A stretch of DNA of 64,000 nucleotides from an uncultured Thermoplasmatales archaeon (GCA_964648565.1 CAZYLG010000002.1:1245-65244); one strand, 5' to 3'; positions 27,931 through 39,140 are shown, numbered from the stretch's first letter. Translations and numbers: made by a program. The notes: a model not told the origin generated them from the letters alone.

Positions 27931-28902
27931 TTATTGTTGCAATGAAGCAAGATGCTTAATTCGTTTCACCATATTTGGATGTGTACTTAACACTTCCATG
28001 AGCCGGTCTCCTTTTCTTAATTTGATTTTTTGTGATTGAAGCATCATCAATTCATGTTGATCAATAGTTCCACTCATATCTAGATCAATATCTTTTAAAT
28101 CCCTAATTTCTTCTTTTGCTCTAGATGGATCATTTAAAAAAAATGCTTTCATTCCTTCAGCTTGCTTTAACGTTTTCCGAGAAGCTTGAGCACTACCAAG
28201 AGACAATTTATACAATGCTGTAGCTAGATAATGTGGTTGATTTCCAAGTTCAGCACTCCCCAAATCAGCATAATACTCCCGAATTCTAGATCCATACATT
28301 ACTAAAAGATTCGTGATAAAATACACAACCAATGCAAGTAATCCAATAGCAATCATGCCACCAGTATCACGTCTACGACCAAACATTCCACCCCAAAAAA
28401 ACGCGATATAAATCATGTACATAATCATAGGAACTACACTGAGCAGAGTAATCACTGCGACATCATGATGTTTAACATGTGAGATTTCATGACCAAGCAC
28501 AGCTCTTAACTCTTCCTTATCAAGTAAATCCAAAATACCTTTAGTTACACAAACACGCGCATCCTTTTTTGATCTTCCAAAAGCAAACGCATTAGGAATC
28601 TGTAATTGTGAAACACCGATCTTAGGAGTTTTTGAAAGGCCAGCTTTTGCACTCAGATTACTAATCATCTGATGAAGTTCAGGATACTCCTCAGCTGAAA
28701 CATATTTAACTTTCATCGACCATTCAACGGTTTTCGGACCAATCATAAACTGAATTAACACCAAAACCAAAGCAAAACCAATTAAAAAAAAGTAATAGGT
28801 CATACCCTGCACGCCTAAAAGAAACCCAATAGCAGCAATGATACCATACAAAATAGCAAATAACAATCCAACAAGTAAATATAACCGTAATTGAAGCCAC
28901 AT
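27931..28902 (-). CDS. htpX: Zinc metalloprotease HtpX (peptidase M48)
   Basis: HEISHVKHHD is the HExxH motif, with four TM helices in the HtpX arrangement. ATG 28902 is preceded by GAGGT. Confidence 0.85.
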   Translation of the reverse strand: MWLQLRLYLLVGLLFAILYGIIAAIGFLLGVQGMTYYFFLIGFALVLVLIQFMIGPKTVEWSMKVKYVSAEEYPELHQMISNLSAKAGLSKTPKIGVSQLQIPNAFAFGRSKKDARVCVTKGILDLLDKEELRAVLGHEISHVKHHDVAVITLLSVVPMIMYMIYIAFFWGGMFGRRRDTGGMIAIGLLALVVYFITNLLVMYGSRIREYYADLGSAELGNQPHYLATALYKLSLGSAQASRKTLKQAEGMKAFFLNDPSRAKEEIRDLKDIDLDMSGTIDQHELMMLQSQKIKLRKGDRLMEVLSTHPNMVKRIKHLASLQQ

Positions 28903-29348
28903 AATTACCTCACACACAATATTTTAATCCTATATTATAATCAACTCTTATTTGAAGATTACTCTTCTACAAACTGTGACTTTTTCATCACTCTTTTTTT
29001 CTCCTGTTGAAAGTGATAAAAATTTCTAATAAAATTTATTTTCGTACCAAATAAATCGAAAAATGTCATTTTAACAAAATATAAATTGGACTAAACCGAC
29101 TCTTTCACTGAATAGGTATTTAAACCCTTTATGAAAGAGTATAACGGGATGATGTGGAGAACATATCACATTTGGTGGATTGGGAAGTTCGTTTCGTATG
29201 AAATATCATGGAGTGATTTCAGTTTATGCAGCATATTTTTTTATTTTAATTCTATTAACTATATGCAAAAAAGATAGGGTAATTCATTTATTGGGAATAT
29301 TAATCTAATTTTTTTGAAATCGGTTAATACTTCACAGAATAAAAAGAA

Positions 29349-32300
29349 TCATTGTAATTTAAACACTCCATCAGTATAAGCTTTTGGAGTAGTAAATGAA
29401 ATAACGCCTGGCGATCCGATTTCAGGAATCACTCTTCCGAAAACATCAATTCGTTCTTCTAACTCATGAAGAAAACAAAAACCTGTTACATTAAGAAGAT
29501 GATTAACTGGTTCATTGAATGTGGTATCTAAAATAATATCTTCATTTATATCATATAGTCCATTATGATTATCATCATAATAATACAAACCTGCACCTGA
29601 ACCATAAATATCTTCTAAATCTGTTAGGGGATCCCCCAATGATAAGTTTACATTTACAGATCCTTCGCTTGCTCCTGTTCCGTTACTAAAATTTCCATCT
29701 CCATCAATTAATACATCAGCTTGTCTTGTTACAAAGGTATCTCTATCACGGTCAATTCCGATAAAATCATCTGCACCACTCCAATCTCCCCCATCTTCAT
29801 TATCATAAGTGTCAAGATCCCAACCTACAACAAAACCGTCTAAGACAGTATATGAAGTTCCATCTGGTGGAGGTGATCCTGCAACTTGAGTGTCTGCATC
29901 ATCAGAATATCTATTTTCGCTTAGGTCTCCATAAGTATCAAGAATGATTGCATCCTCATTTTCATTCCATGGATTACCATTAGTGTTTCGGTTATATGTT
30001 AATAGATTAGTCCACTCAGGATCAAAAGCATTGTCAAAATCATATGGTTCACCATCTGCGGGCGGATTTCCAGCAATAGACGTATCTGCAGTGGCTGAGT
30101 ATTTGTGTTGGGTGGGGTCGCCGTGATTGTCGATAATGATGCAGTCGGTGGTGCTGTCCCAGTCCCCTCCATTATCATTTGCATCGTAGGATTTGAGTTG
30201 TGTCCATTCGTTGTCGAAAGCGTTTGTTAAGGTGTATAGAGTACCACCTGAGGGGGCTGCCCCAGCTATAATCATATCCTCTTCTCTAGAATAAGTAAAC
30301 ATTTCGGTTATTTGTTCTATAAATATATCTTCCCCGGGATTCCAAATATTGTTGTTCTCCTTAACCCATCCTGCTGTCGATGCAACATTTATCCCTGTTT
30401 CTCCGTCAGAAGGAATGCCTAATACTACTGTTTCATTTGAATCTGAATATGTTCCTCCATTATGATAATCAAGAATAATTGCATCATTACCATCTTCGTA
30501 AATGGTTGATCCATCATCATAAAATGCTATTTGCGGTGCATCGGTAAAAGGATTGGATGTAATTAGTGTGTCCCCTGAATCTGGTGTTGTTCCAGATCCT
30601 GCTATGATAGAATCTGCATTAGCTGAATATGTCAACTCTCCTGCAACAGTTTCATAAAAGATATCCTTTCCACTGGAATATCCTCCTCCTTCTGCATATG
30701 CAAAATTATCAACTGGATTACTATTGTCTAATTCTACACCTATACTTGATTCATCAATTAAATTACCTGAAATAATTGCTTCATCCCCTTCAGAGGTATT
30801 ATAAATATTATTTTCCACGCCTCCACTAAGCCAGAGTCCATCTCCTGATGACCAGTCACTGGAACTATCATTGTCAAACCAATAAATATCGTCAGATGAA
30901 GAAAAGGGAAATAGTTGGGTTCCAGCAGTAGAAATATCCTGGCTACCAGCATCTGATGTTACAATTCCGTCACTGTCAATGAATATGTCTGCAGACGAAG
31001 TATACACGTCATCTTTGTCATCATCCTGTATAATTAAATCGTTTCCAGATTCCCATAAGTTAGATGTACCTTGGTCAACAAAAGAAATGATTGGAGCAGT
31101 AGTAAATGGATTTGAAGATTCTAAAATAGTCTGAACTGGAGGAGCCACTCCACCAAGTACAATATCTGCCTGATTGGTATATTTTGAATCATTATCACTA
31201 TCCTGCCAGACAATAGATGGAGAAATCAAATTATTTGATACGATAAAGTCATTAGATTCAATGTCATAAAGAGAATCTCCTGATGATAAACTTGTAGATC
31301 CAGATCCAGAAGTTGAATCACCATCTGCATCAATTAAAACATCCACAGCATCCGTGTATGCTCCGTCTGAGTCGTTGTCGATTGCTAGTAGGTCGTTGTT
31401 GTTGTCCCAGTTTCCTCCGTTGTTTTTGTCATAAGAGTTTATGGTCCAGTCGGGGTCTTCTCCAGGGGTGAGAGTGGTTCCGGTTGGTGGTTCGTTTCCG
31501 TTTCCTGTTAGTGTTTGGTCTGCTGCGCTGGTGTATGCTCCATCCTGATCAAGATCTTGACCCAAGAAATCAGATGTTTCATCCCAACCATTACCATTAG
31601 TTTCATCATATGAATCTATACCATAACTACCTTCATCAGTCCAATCCAGGTGTTGTCCTTCGGGTAATAATAGTCCTGCAGAAAGATAATTTCTTGTTCC
31701 AGCAACTAAAATATCTTGGCCAGCTGTATATGCTTCATCTGAATCATCATCAAATCCTATAAAATCAGATGAAGATGACCAGCCACTACCTCCACTGTTA
31801 TATGAATCTAGTGACCAATCACCGTCCGATGAATTAAGATTTGAGTATACTGTTCCATCAGCAGGTGCGGTTCCTGCTATAATTTGATCGGCAATTGGAG
31901 AATATGTCCCTCCATCATGATAATCGATGAAAATATCTTCAGTATTATCATAATCTTCATTGTCACTTACCTCTTCATCATAATATGCCATATTATCTGT
32001 AGATTCAAAATGTAAAAATGTTGTACCAAACAATGGTCCATCCTGCCCATTCCCACCAGTATACAATAAAAAATCAGTGTATTCATCACAAACAACATAC
32101 AATATTGCTTTATCTCCTCGGGTTAATACTGGGTTTGTTTGTGTGATTGAATTGTCTGTATCTTGCAATACACCAATACCAAATGATTCTCGAGTACATT
32201 CTCTAATTTTTTCTAAGACATCCTCAAAATAATCTCCTCTAGCCGGATTTTTAAAAATATCTGGATTGTTATATCCTCCATAATGGAGCAATGATTTTTG

Positions 32301-32555
32301 ACTCCCTTCACTAATCAAGATATAACTATTGTTTAAGTTTATTGGTGGAGAACCTGGTTTGGTTTGAACAAGGATTCCAAGATAATGGATCCCATAATCT
32401 CCTTTTTGTCCGATTATTTCATTAACTTTTAGACCTGATGCTAATTCTTCTGTTGTTTGTCGTCCTGTTTTTAAGGATTGTATTTGTAGAGTGTTACTTG
32501 ATTGAATGAAAACTGAAGCAGCAACTCCGGCACTAACAAGAAATGCAATGAGCAT
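29349..32555 (-). CDS. Giant archaellin-like protein (at least 1068 aa). The archaellin N- and C-terminal segments are split by an ~850-aa Asp-rich repeat insert. The true N-terminus lies upstream of 32555 (see findings).
   Basis: The N-terminal part (KG)AVGIGALVMLIAFLVSAGVAASVFIQSS...LKTGRQTT...SGLKV, the FGIGVLQD block and the C-terminus RIDVFGRVIPEIGSPGVISFTTPKAYTDGVFKLQ are collinear with the 2994-3644 protein. Confidence 0.75.
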   Translation of the reverse strand: MLIAFLVSAGVAASVFIQSSNTLQIQSLKTGRQTTEELASGLKVNEIIGQKGDYGIHYLGILVQTKPGSPPINLNNSYILISEGSQKSLLHYGGYNNPDIFKNPARGDYFEDVLEKIRECTRESFGIGVLQDTDNSITQTNPVLTRGDKAILYVVCDEYTDFLLYTGGNGQDGPLFGTTFLHFESTDNMAYYDEEVSDNEDYDNTEDIFIDYHDGGTYSPIADQIIAGTAPADGTVYSNLNSSDGDWSLDSYNSGGSGWSSSSDFIGFDDDSDEAYTAGQDILVAGTRNYLSAGLLLPEGQHLDWTDEGSYGIDSYDETNGNGWDETSDFLGQDLDQDGAYTSAADQTLTGNGNEPPTGTTLTPGEDPDWTINSYDKNNGGNWDNNNDLLAIDNDSDGAYTDAVDVLIDADGDSTSGSGSTSLSSGDSLYDIESNDFIVSNNLISPSIVWQDSDNDSKYTNQADIVLGGVAPPVQTILESSNPFTTAPIISFVDQGTSNLWESGNDLIIQDDDKDDVYTSSADIFIDSDGIVTSDAGSQDISTAGTQLFPFSSSDDIYWFDNDSSSDWSSGDGLWLSGGVENNIYNTSEGDEAIISGNLIDESSIGVELDNSNPVDNFAYAEGGGYSSGKDIFYETVAGELTYSANADSIIAGSGTTPDSGDTLITSNPFTDAPQIAFYDDGSTIYEDGNDAIILDYHNGGTYSDSNETVVLGIPSDGETGINVASTAGWVKENNNIWNPGEDIFIEQITEMFTYSREEDMIIAGAAPSGGTLYTLTNAFDNEWTQLKSYDANDNGGDWDSTTDCIIIDNHGDPTQHKYSATADTSIAGNPPADGEPYDFDNAFDPEWTNLLTYNRNTNGNPWNENEDAIILDTYGDLSENRYSDDADTQVAGSPPPDGTSYTVLDGFVVGWDLDTYDNEDGGDWSGADDFIGIDRDRDTFVTRQADVLIDGDGNFSNGTGASEGSVNVNLSLGDPLTDLEDIYGSGAGLYYYDDNHNGLYDINEDIILDTTFNEPVNHLLNVTGFCFLHELEERIDVFGRVIPEIGSPGVISFTTPKAYTDGVFKLQ
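29480..32060 (-). repeat. About 12-14 degenerate tandem coding repeats (45-65 aa each) inside the giant archaellin-like gene
   Basis: Recurring unit: W(D/N/S)xxxD-(I/L)xx-DxDxDxxYTxxAD-xx(I/L)(A/T)G-xxPxxGTxY. Examples: DFIGFDDDSDEAYTAGQDILVAG, DFLGQDLDQDGAYTSAADQTLTG, DLLAIDNDSDGAYTDAVDVLID, DAIILDYHNGGTYSDS, DCIIIDNHGDPTQHKYSATADTSIAG, DAIILDTYGDLSENRYSDDADTQVAG. Boundaries are approximate. Confidence 0.7.
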
Positions 32556-32924
32556 TACTAATGCTCCAATTCCAACAGCACCTTTTACATTCTCAATGAA
32601 TGATGTGCTATCTTCCCATCTGCTTTTCGTTTAACATCCCATCCCTATTAAAAAGATAATTGTAACATTTATAATCATTTTTTGTAGGTAGTTACGCAGG
32701 TATTATTGCACTTACTATATTAGATATAATAAAATAGTATATGATGTTATGAAAAAATTTTTTTAAGAAACAATTTTTCTAACAAAAAATAATGATAGAT
32801 ACAAATTTTTTTATTAAGAATTATTGATTTCGCTATGAGGAGTTAAACTACTATGTTTGCTAAAAAAATCGATAAACACCAAAAATGACACTTTATCAAA
32901 AAAAATTAGCAGGAGTAGGCGGTA

Positions 32925-32998
32925 TGGACTGAGCGGGATTTGAACCCGCGGCCTCTACCTTGCGAAGGTAGCGATCTTCCGAGCTGATCTATCAGCCC
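32925..32998 (-). tRNA. tRNA-Ala (anticodon CGC), no encoded CCA
   Basis: Hand-folded cloverleaf: acceptor GGGCUGA/UCAGUCC with the G3:U70 alanine identity pair, anticodon stem CUACC/GGUAG with loop UUCGCAA, T-arm GCGGG-UUCAAAU-CCCGC, discriminator A. A T8 run lies ~20 nt downstream (32898-32905). Confidence 0.95.
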
Positions 32999-33079
32999 AA
33001 ATAATATGAGTTGGAAATGGAAAAATAGGATTGAGGTATTTGATTGTTTCTACAAGAAAAAAACTCTTTTTTTCCTTTA

Positions 33080-34318
33080 TTATTTTGTAGCAATTGGTTG
33101 ATTGATCTTAGATTGTTTGAGTGCTTCAATGACTGGAAGTTTTTCACCCATCATAAATTTCTCAAGACTGCCGCCGCCAGTACTAATATGAGAAATATGA
33201 TCTTGTAGGTTGAGTTGTTTGACAGCTGCAACCGTATGACCTCCACCAACAATGGAAAAAGCATCTGATTCTGATACATACGTAAAGATTTCTTTGGTTC
33301 CTTTCATAAAGATGTCTTGTTCAAACACACCACAGGGTCCTGATAAGAAAATGGTTTTTGCTTGCTTTAGTATTTTTTTGTAATCTTTAATTGTTTCCGA
33401 TCCAATGTCAAACAAGGCCTTATCTGTTGGTAAATCTTTTATCATTATCTCGTTACGTTTCCCGTTTTGTTCAATCCCAAAATCTGTTGGTAATACAATT
33501 GCATCATCATAGTTTTCCATGAGTGTTTTAATTTGTGAAAATAACGTTTCATTACCTTCATCTAATAATGCTTTTTCATTTCCTGATCCAAGATCATGTC
33601 CTTGAGCATGTAAAAACGCATTCGCTGGAAGCCCGGTTAACAAAATTTGATCAGCAGTATTATTCTGAAGTACTCGTTCAATAGTCACAATGATATCTGA
33701 ATATTTTGCTCCACCAAATAAGAACACACATGGTTTTTCTGGGTTTTTCATTACTCTAGATAATGTAGTCACTTCTTCTTCCATTAATCTTCCTGCACAA
33801 GACGGAAGTAGTGGCGTAAAACCAATCAATGAACATTGCGATCGGTGAGCAGCAGCAAATGCATCATTAACAAACACATCGCCAAGTGGTGAAAGTGTTT
33901 GGATAAATGGTGTTTGCGCATGTACCTGAGCAGATTTTTTACTTGTTTCATACTCAAGTTTTCGGACATTATCTAAAAACAAAACCTCGCCAGGCTGCAA
34001 TTTTTTAATTGCTTGTTTTGCTTGGTCACCATAGATATCTTCAACGAAACTAACGGGTGAACCAAGAAGTTTTTCAAAAACTTCCGCATGTTGTTTCAAT
34101 GAAGTAAAATCCCAACTGTCTTTTCGTCCTTGATGAGCTATTATTACGGTTTTTGCTTGTTTTGAAACAAGTTCTTTTATTGTTGGTAATACTCGTTTCA
34201 TTCGTGTGGTATCAAGGATTTCTAAGGTTTTTTTATCAAGTGGCATATTAAAATCTACGCGTAAAAAAACGGTTTTTTTAGTTACTGAAATATCATCAAG
34301 TGTATTGACTTCCATCAT
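33080..34318 (-). CDS. pgk: Phosphoglycerate kinase
   Basis: VFLRVDFNMPL..., AHQGRK, NDAFAAAHR and STGGGSLEKF are PGK signatures. Confidence 0.9.
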   Translation of the reverse strand: MMEVNTLDDISVTKKTVFLRVDFNMPLDKKTLEILDTTRMKRVLPTIKELVSKQAKTVIIAHQGRKDSWDFTSLKQHAEVFEKLLGSPVSFVEDIYGDQAKQAIKKLQPGEVLFLDNVRKLEYETSKKSAQVHAQTPFIQTLSPLGDVFVNDAFAAAHRSQCSLIGFTPLLPSCAGRLMEEEVTTLSRVMKNPEKPCVFLFGGAKYSDIIVTIERVLQNNTADQILLTGLPANAFLHAQGHDLGSGNEKALLDEGNETLFSQIKTLMENYDDAIVLPTDFGIEQNGKRNEIMIKDLPTDKALFDIGSETIKDYKKILKQAKTIFLSGPCGVFEQDIFMKGTKEIFTYVSESDAFSIVGGGHTVAAVKQLNLQDHISHISTGGGSLEKFMMGEKLPVIEALKQSKINQPIATK

Positions 34319-34414
34319 ATTTCCTCAGCGCCTCCAACAGCATATGGTAATCAATGAAGCGTTATTTAAAAGTATATGTGAAAAAAATAAGAAAAAAAAT
34401 CTAAGATTAAAAAA

Positions 34415-35482
<1,068 letters not shown>

Positions 35483-35504
35483 TCACAAACTAATATCATT
35501 ATTT

Positions 35505-36758
35505 CTATTTAAGCATTCCGACGAGATGGGTTTCAGTTGCATTAGTGATTTCAACTAATCTTTGTTCTCCGAGTGGTACTTGTTTTGGTATGATGACTGG
35601 TTTGTAATTCATTGATCTAGCGATGGTGGTTTGTTTTGTTCCTTTTGTTAAGGTAAGTACGTTCATGCTTTTACCAAGGTATCGCTTGTTTCGATCTCTA
35701 GTTAGTTTCTTACAAAGAGCGGTGAGTTCTCTGGATCGTTGTTTTACGATTTCAGTTCGGATTCGTCCTTCCATTTTTTTTGCTTTCGTAAATGGTCGAG
35801 CGGAAAACCGGGTGATGTTTACCACGTCTGGTTTTATTCGTTGTAATACTTGTTTTGTTTGGTTGAATTGTTCATTTGTTTCTCCAGGAAATCCAACGAT
35901 TGCATCAGTGGAAAGAGTAAGATCTGGATTCTTCATTCGAAATTCAGATATGATTTTTTCTGCGTCTTCTACATGATATCCCCGATTCATTTTTTGTAAA
36001 ATCGTATTATTTCCTGATTGAATGGGAAGATGTAAAAATGAATAGATCTGAGGATGATTAAAAAGAGGTAAAAGGTCTGGTAGAATCTTTGAAGCTGTTC
36101 GTGGATTCATCATCCCCACCCGAATCATTATAGAATCTGAAATGGTTACGATGTTGTTAAGAAGATGTGGTAATGAAGAGTGTTGATCTAATCCGTATGA
36201 AGCAGTGTCCTGAGCAGTGATCTGGATTTCTTTACAGCCTTGATTAATTGCATCTTTTACTGAAGAAATAATTGCTTTCTCTGGATAACTATAAAGGTTT
36301 CCTCGTGCTAAATGAGTAATGCAATACGTACAAGAAAAAAGACATCCTTCGGCAATAGCAATTGGAGCAATAAGCTGTGAGCATTGTTTTGGGGCAAATG
36401 CTTTTTGAGACATGCTTTCATCAAGTTTTTTATTATCAAGCAAGTCAAAGAATTGATGTATCTTTCGTGGTGGTAAAAGCAACGCTTGTTGGAAATGATC
36501 TTTTAATAGGTCTTGTTGCACAGAAGCCATACATCCAGCGATCACTACTTTTTTTTCTGTGTTTACTAGTTCTTTGATTCGATGAAGCATGCGTTGTTCC
36601 GTAGTATCAATCACCGTACAAGTAAGAATGACAAGCACATCCGCATCATCTACGTTGGTGACAAGATGGTGTTGTGGATGCTTGTGAATGAGTCCTTTGA
36701 GTAGATTCGCATCACTTTTATTTGCTGTACAACCGTAAACTTCAACGTAAACCTTCAT
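35505..36758 (-). CDS. MiaB-family radical SAM methylthiotransferase (archaeal MtaB/CDKAL1-like)
   Basis: The N-terminal UPF0004 region starts MKVYVEVYGCTANKSD. The radical SAM motif is AEGCLFSCTYC, and the C-terminus is TRAM-like. Confidence 0.85.
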   Translation of the reverse strand: MKVYVEVYGCTANKSDANLLKGLIHKHPQHHLVTNVDDADVLVILTCTVIDTTEQRMLHRIKELVNTEKKVVIAGCMASVQQDLLKDHFQQALLLPPRKIHQFFDLLDNKKLDESMSQKAFAPKQCSQLIAPIAIAEGCLFSCTYCITHLARGNLYSYPEKAIISSVKDAINQGCKEIQITAQDTASYGLDQHSSLPHLLNNIVTISDSIMIRVGMMNPRTASKILPDLLPLFNHPQIYSFLHLPIQSGNNTILQKMNRGYHVEDAEKIISEFRMKNPDLTLSTDAIVGFPGETNEQFNQTKQVLQRIKPDVVNITRFSARPFTKAKKMEGRIRTEIVKQRSRELTALCKKLTRDRNKRYLGKSMNVLTLTKGTKQTTIARSMNYKPVIIPKQVPLGEQRLVEITNATETHLVGMLK

Positions 36759-36791
36759 ATTGATAAAAAAATGAAAGAAATAATTGTGTAT

Positions 36792-38342
36792 TTAACTGCT
36801 TGCTTCCGAGAATCGGTTGATGACAAAGGATTGATCTAGATTTGATAAGAAAAATCCAGCGCGAGGCCCTCGTTTTTCTCCAAGAATTGCCTTGTACACT
36901 GCAGTGAATGCTTTTTTTGGTGAAAGACTTTGGTCTTCAGCGATATTGTAAATCAGATTATGAATGTTTTCAGCAGTCCATGAAATCGTGTTTGCATTGG
37001 ACGCAATTTCTTGTAAAACTTTTTTTTCTTCATCTGAAAAATCAATGTTTGGAAGCTTTTTTTGGACTTTGAATCGAACTGCTTTTGGAGCGAAATGATC
37101 TAACCAGTATTCTGCATGTTCCATCCTTCGTTTCAAATGATGTTCATCTTCTTCACTAATGGTATCAGGAAGTTGTCCGGTTCGATACAAGATGTTTTTG
37201 ATATCTTCCCATGATTCTCCGATTTGAACGACCGTTACCAAATGTCGGAATGGGATTTGATATGGAATCGATGTTGGAATACGGCTAGGTTGGGATAATT
37301 CATAAACTGCATCTAAATCCTTCCAGCCTTTGATGCGTTCTTCTTCACCAAAATACATTCGTTCCACTTGATCATATTCATCCACGAGATTCAACAAGCC
37401 AAATCCAGGATCAAAAGTAATATGTTTCGTTGGTTGATTTTTCATAATTAAAAATCGTAATACTTCAGGCGGTGTCATCTGTAACATTTCATTTGCACTT
37501 AGCGCCGTTCCTTTTGAACTATGCATTGCTCCTTTTCCTTTGAGAAGGATGAATTCATACATAGTGTAGTCTGGTGGTTTGTAATCATAGATTTTTTCAA
37601 CGATCTCTTCACCGGTCTCTCTAGCTCCACCCGTGGTTCCAAGATCCTTTCCAAATGGTTCAAAGGTTACTCCTAATATTTTCCATCGAGCGGGCCAATC
37701 CACTCGCCAAGGGAGTTTGCCGATGTCATCCTTTCGAATATCACATTTGCCTGAATGACCACATTCACAACTATATTCAATATAAGGATATTCATATAGC
37801 TCTGGTTTAGTAGTGGTTAATCGATGACATTTCTCACATTTCACATTAAATGGTAGCCAATGTTTTGGTAGTGTTCGTTTTGAAACTCGTTCGATGATTT
37901 CCTTAATCTCATTCGTTTTTTCTAATGCAGTTTCAATAGCTTTCTGATATACACCGGTTTTATACATTTCATTTGCTCGATAAACAGTTGGCTCGATTCC
38001 TATTTCTTGTAATGAATCAAGAAAAGCAAATAAATAATGATCTGCGTAACTGTCATGTTCGCCACAGGGACAGGGGATTTCAGAGATAGGTTTTCCCACA
38101 TATTGCTCATAGGTTTTTGGTAGATAAGGATAGACCTTCCGTAAATGATCGTAATCATCAGCGATGTAAATGAATTCTGCATCTGCTCCCTGTTTGATCA
38201 GTGATCGATATACTGCATCTGTCGTAAGGACCTCCCTCATGTTTCCAATATGAATGGGTCCTGATGGAGTAATTCCAGTAGCCAGCACATGATGATCTGC
38301 TTTCGGAGCAAGTTTTTTTGCTAAGACGTCAGCCCAATGCAT
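36792..38342 (-). CDS. lysS: Lysyl-tRNA synthetase, class I
   Basis: ITPSGPIHIGNMREV is the HIGH-type motif. GAMHSSKGT is KMSKS-like. Zn-binding Cys pairs are CEKCHR...CECGH. Confidence 0.9.
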   Translation of the reverse strand: MHWADVLAKKLAPKADHHVLATGITPSGPIHIGNMREVLTTDAVYRSLIKQGADAEFIYIADDYDHLRKVYPYLPKTYEQYVGKPISEIPCPCGEHDSYADHYLFAFLDSLQEIGIEPTVYRANEMYKTGVYQKAIETALEKTNEIKEIIERVSKRTLPKHWLPFNVKCEKCHRLTTTKPELYEYPYIEYSCECGHSGKCDIRKDDIGKLPWRVDWPARWKILGVTFEPFGKDLGTTGGARETGEEIVEKIYDYKPPDYTMYEFILLKGKGAMHSSKGTALSANEMLQMTPPEVLRFLIMKNQPTKHITFDPGFGLLNLVDEYDQVERMYFGEEERIKGWKDLDAVYELSQPSRIPTSIPYQIPFRHLVTVVQIGESWEDIKNILYRTGQLPDTISEEDEHHLKRRMEHAEYWLDHFAPKAVRFKVQKKLPNIDFSDEEKKVLQEIASNANTISWTAENIHNLIYNIAEDQSLSPKKAFTAVYKAILGEKRGPRAGFFLSNLDQSFVINRFSEASS

Positions 38343-38419
38343 ACTTTCGCACCATAAGACAATATTTTAAATGCTTTACTCATGAAAAAAGAGAAAAAGA
38401 AAGAAAATAGTAGATTCCT

Positions 38420-39001
38420 TTAGATGACTCGTGCTCGAATCAATGCACGTAATGGAACCTTGCTAATAGTATCTTGTGCTCGTTTATTTAAAATCGCAAG
38501 ACACAATTGAGGTTTTCCTTTTTCCTCTTTGGTAGAATTAATTGCTTTTCGGAATGTTTCACCAGTTCCAACCATGTCATCTACGATGACTACGTTTTTA
38601 TCTTTCACTGTTGCAAAATTAGAAGAGAACAAACCAGGTTTTTCATAATGTGGTCGGAAGACCGCTAGTTCCAAACCAAGTTTTTCAGCAACAAATGTAG
38701 CATAGGGGATTCCATTCAATGCAACACCGACAACAGTGTCTATTTGCAACTCATTTTTTTCCATTTCTTCTAAGAGAACATCGCAAAGAGCATCAGCAAT
38801 AAATCCCATTCTTGATGGATAGACTCCAATGCTTGTCCATCCTATTTTGACGTCTCCCTCGGGTTTTTTATCTTTTCCTTTGTTAAGAAGCCAAACGGCT
38901 GTTTCCTTTGAAACATTAAGGTCATCAGCAATTTCATGATCAGTAAGCCCACTTTCTTTGAGTTTTAAGGCCTTTTTTATCAGCGTGTCAATTTCCTTCA
39001 T
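38420..39001 (-). CDS. HTH-fused orotate phosphoribosyltransferase-like protein (PyrE-like regulator)
   Basis: The N-terminal HTH is LTDHEIADDLNVSKETAVWLL, and the PRPP-binding motif is VVIVDDMVGTGETF. ATG 39001 follows GGGTGAG. The track's longer ORF (to 39253) overlaps the Sec61beta gene. Confidence 0.75.
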   Translation of the reverse strand: MKEIDTLIKKALKLKESGLTDHEIADDLNVSKETAVWLLNKGKDKKPEGDVKIGWTSIGVYPSRMGFIADALCDVLLEEMEKNELQIDTVVGVALNGIPYATFVAEKLGLELAVFRPHYEKPGLFSSNFATVKDKNVVIVDDMVGTGETFRKAINSTKEEKGKPQLCLAILNKRAQDTISKVPLRALIRARVI

Positions 39002-39140
39002 AATTATCTCACCCTTTTGAAGTATGTATGAAAAAACGCTATTTAGATTTTTGCTCAAAACAAGATAGTGAAGAGAAAAACATAAATAGATGGTATCTAT
39101 GTTACTGATATTAACATTTACAAGAGGTCGATGAATACAT

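Noticed and set aside
29099-29140. 9-bp perfect inverted repeat ACTCTTTCA-N24-TGAAAGAGT between htpX and the giant archaellin gene
   Set aside because: It could be a terminator or operator, but it is a single occurrence in AT-rich spacer with a long loop and no adjacent T-tract. That is insufficient support.
29480-32060. Considered whether the repetitive region could be a CRISPR array or satellite
   Set aside because: The repeats are degenerate, of variable length, and kept in one long open frame with conserved amino-acid periodicity. There are no identical short direct repeats with unique spacers, and no cas genes are present.
32600-32640. Programmed -1 ribosomal frameshift as the explanation for the giant archaellin start
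   Set aside because: No X XXY YYZ slippery heptamer or obvious downstream structure is present at the required position. An indel or a non-canonical start is more parsimonious. It is kept only as a minor alternative in the finding.
32880-33080. tRNA gene as an integration hotspot or mobile-element border
   Set aside because: No integrase, no direct repeat of the tRNA 3' end, and no compositional shift is visible on either side.
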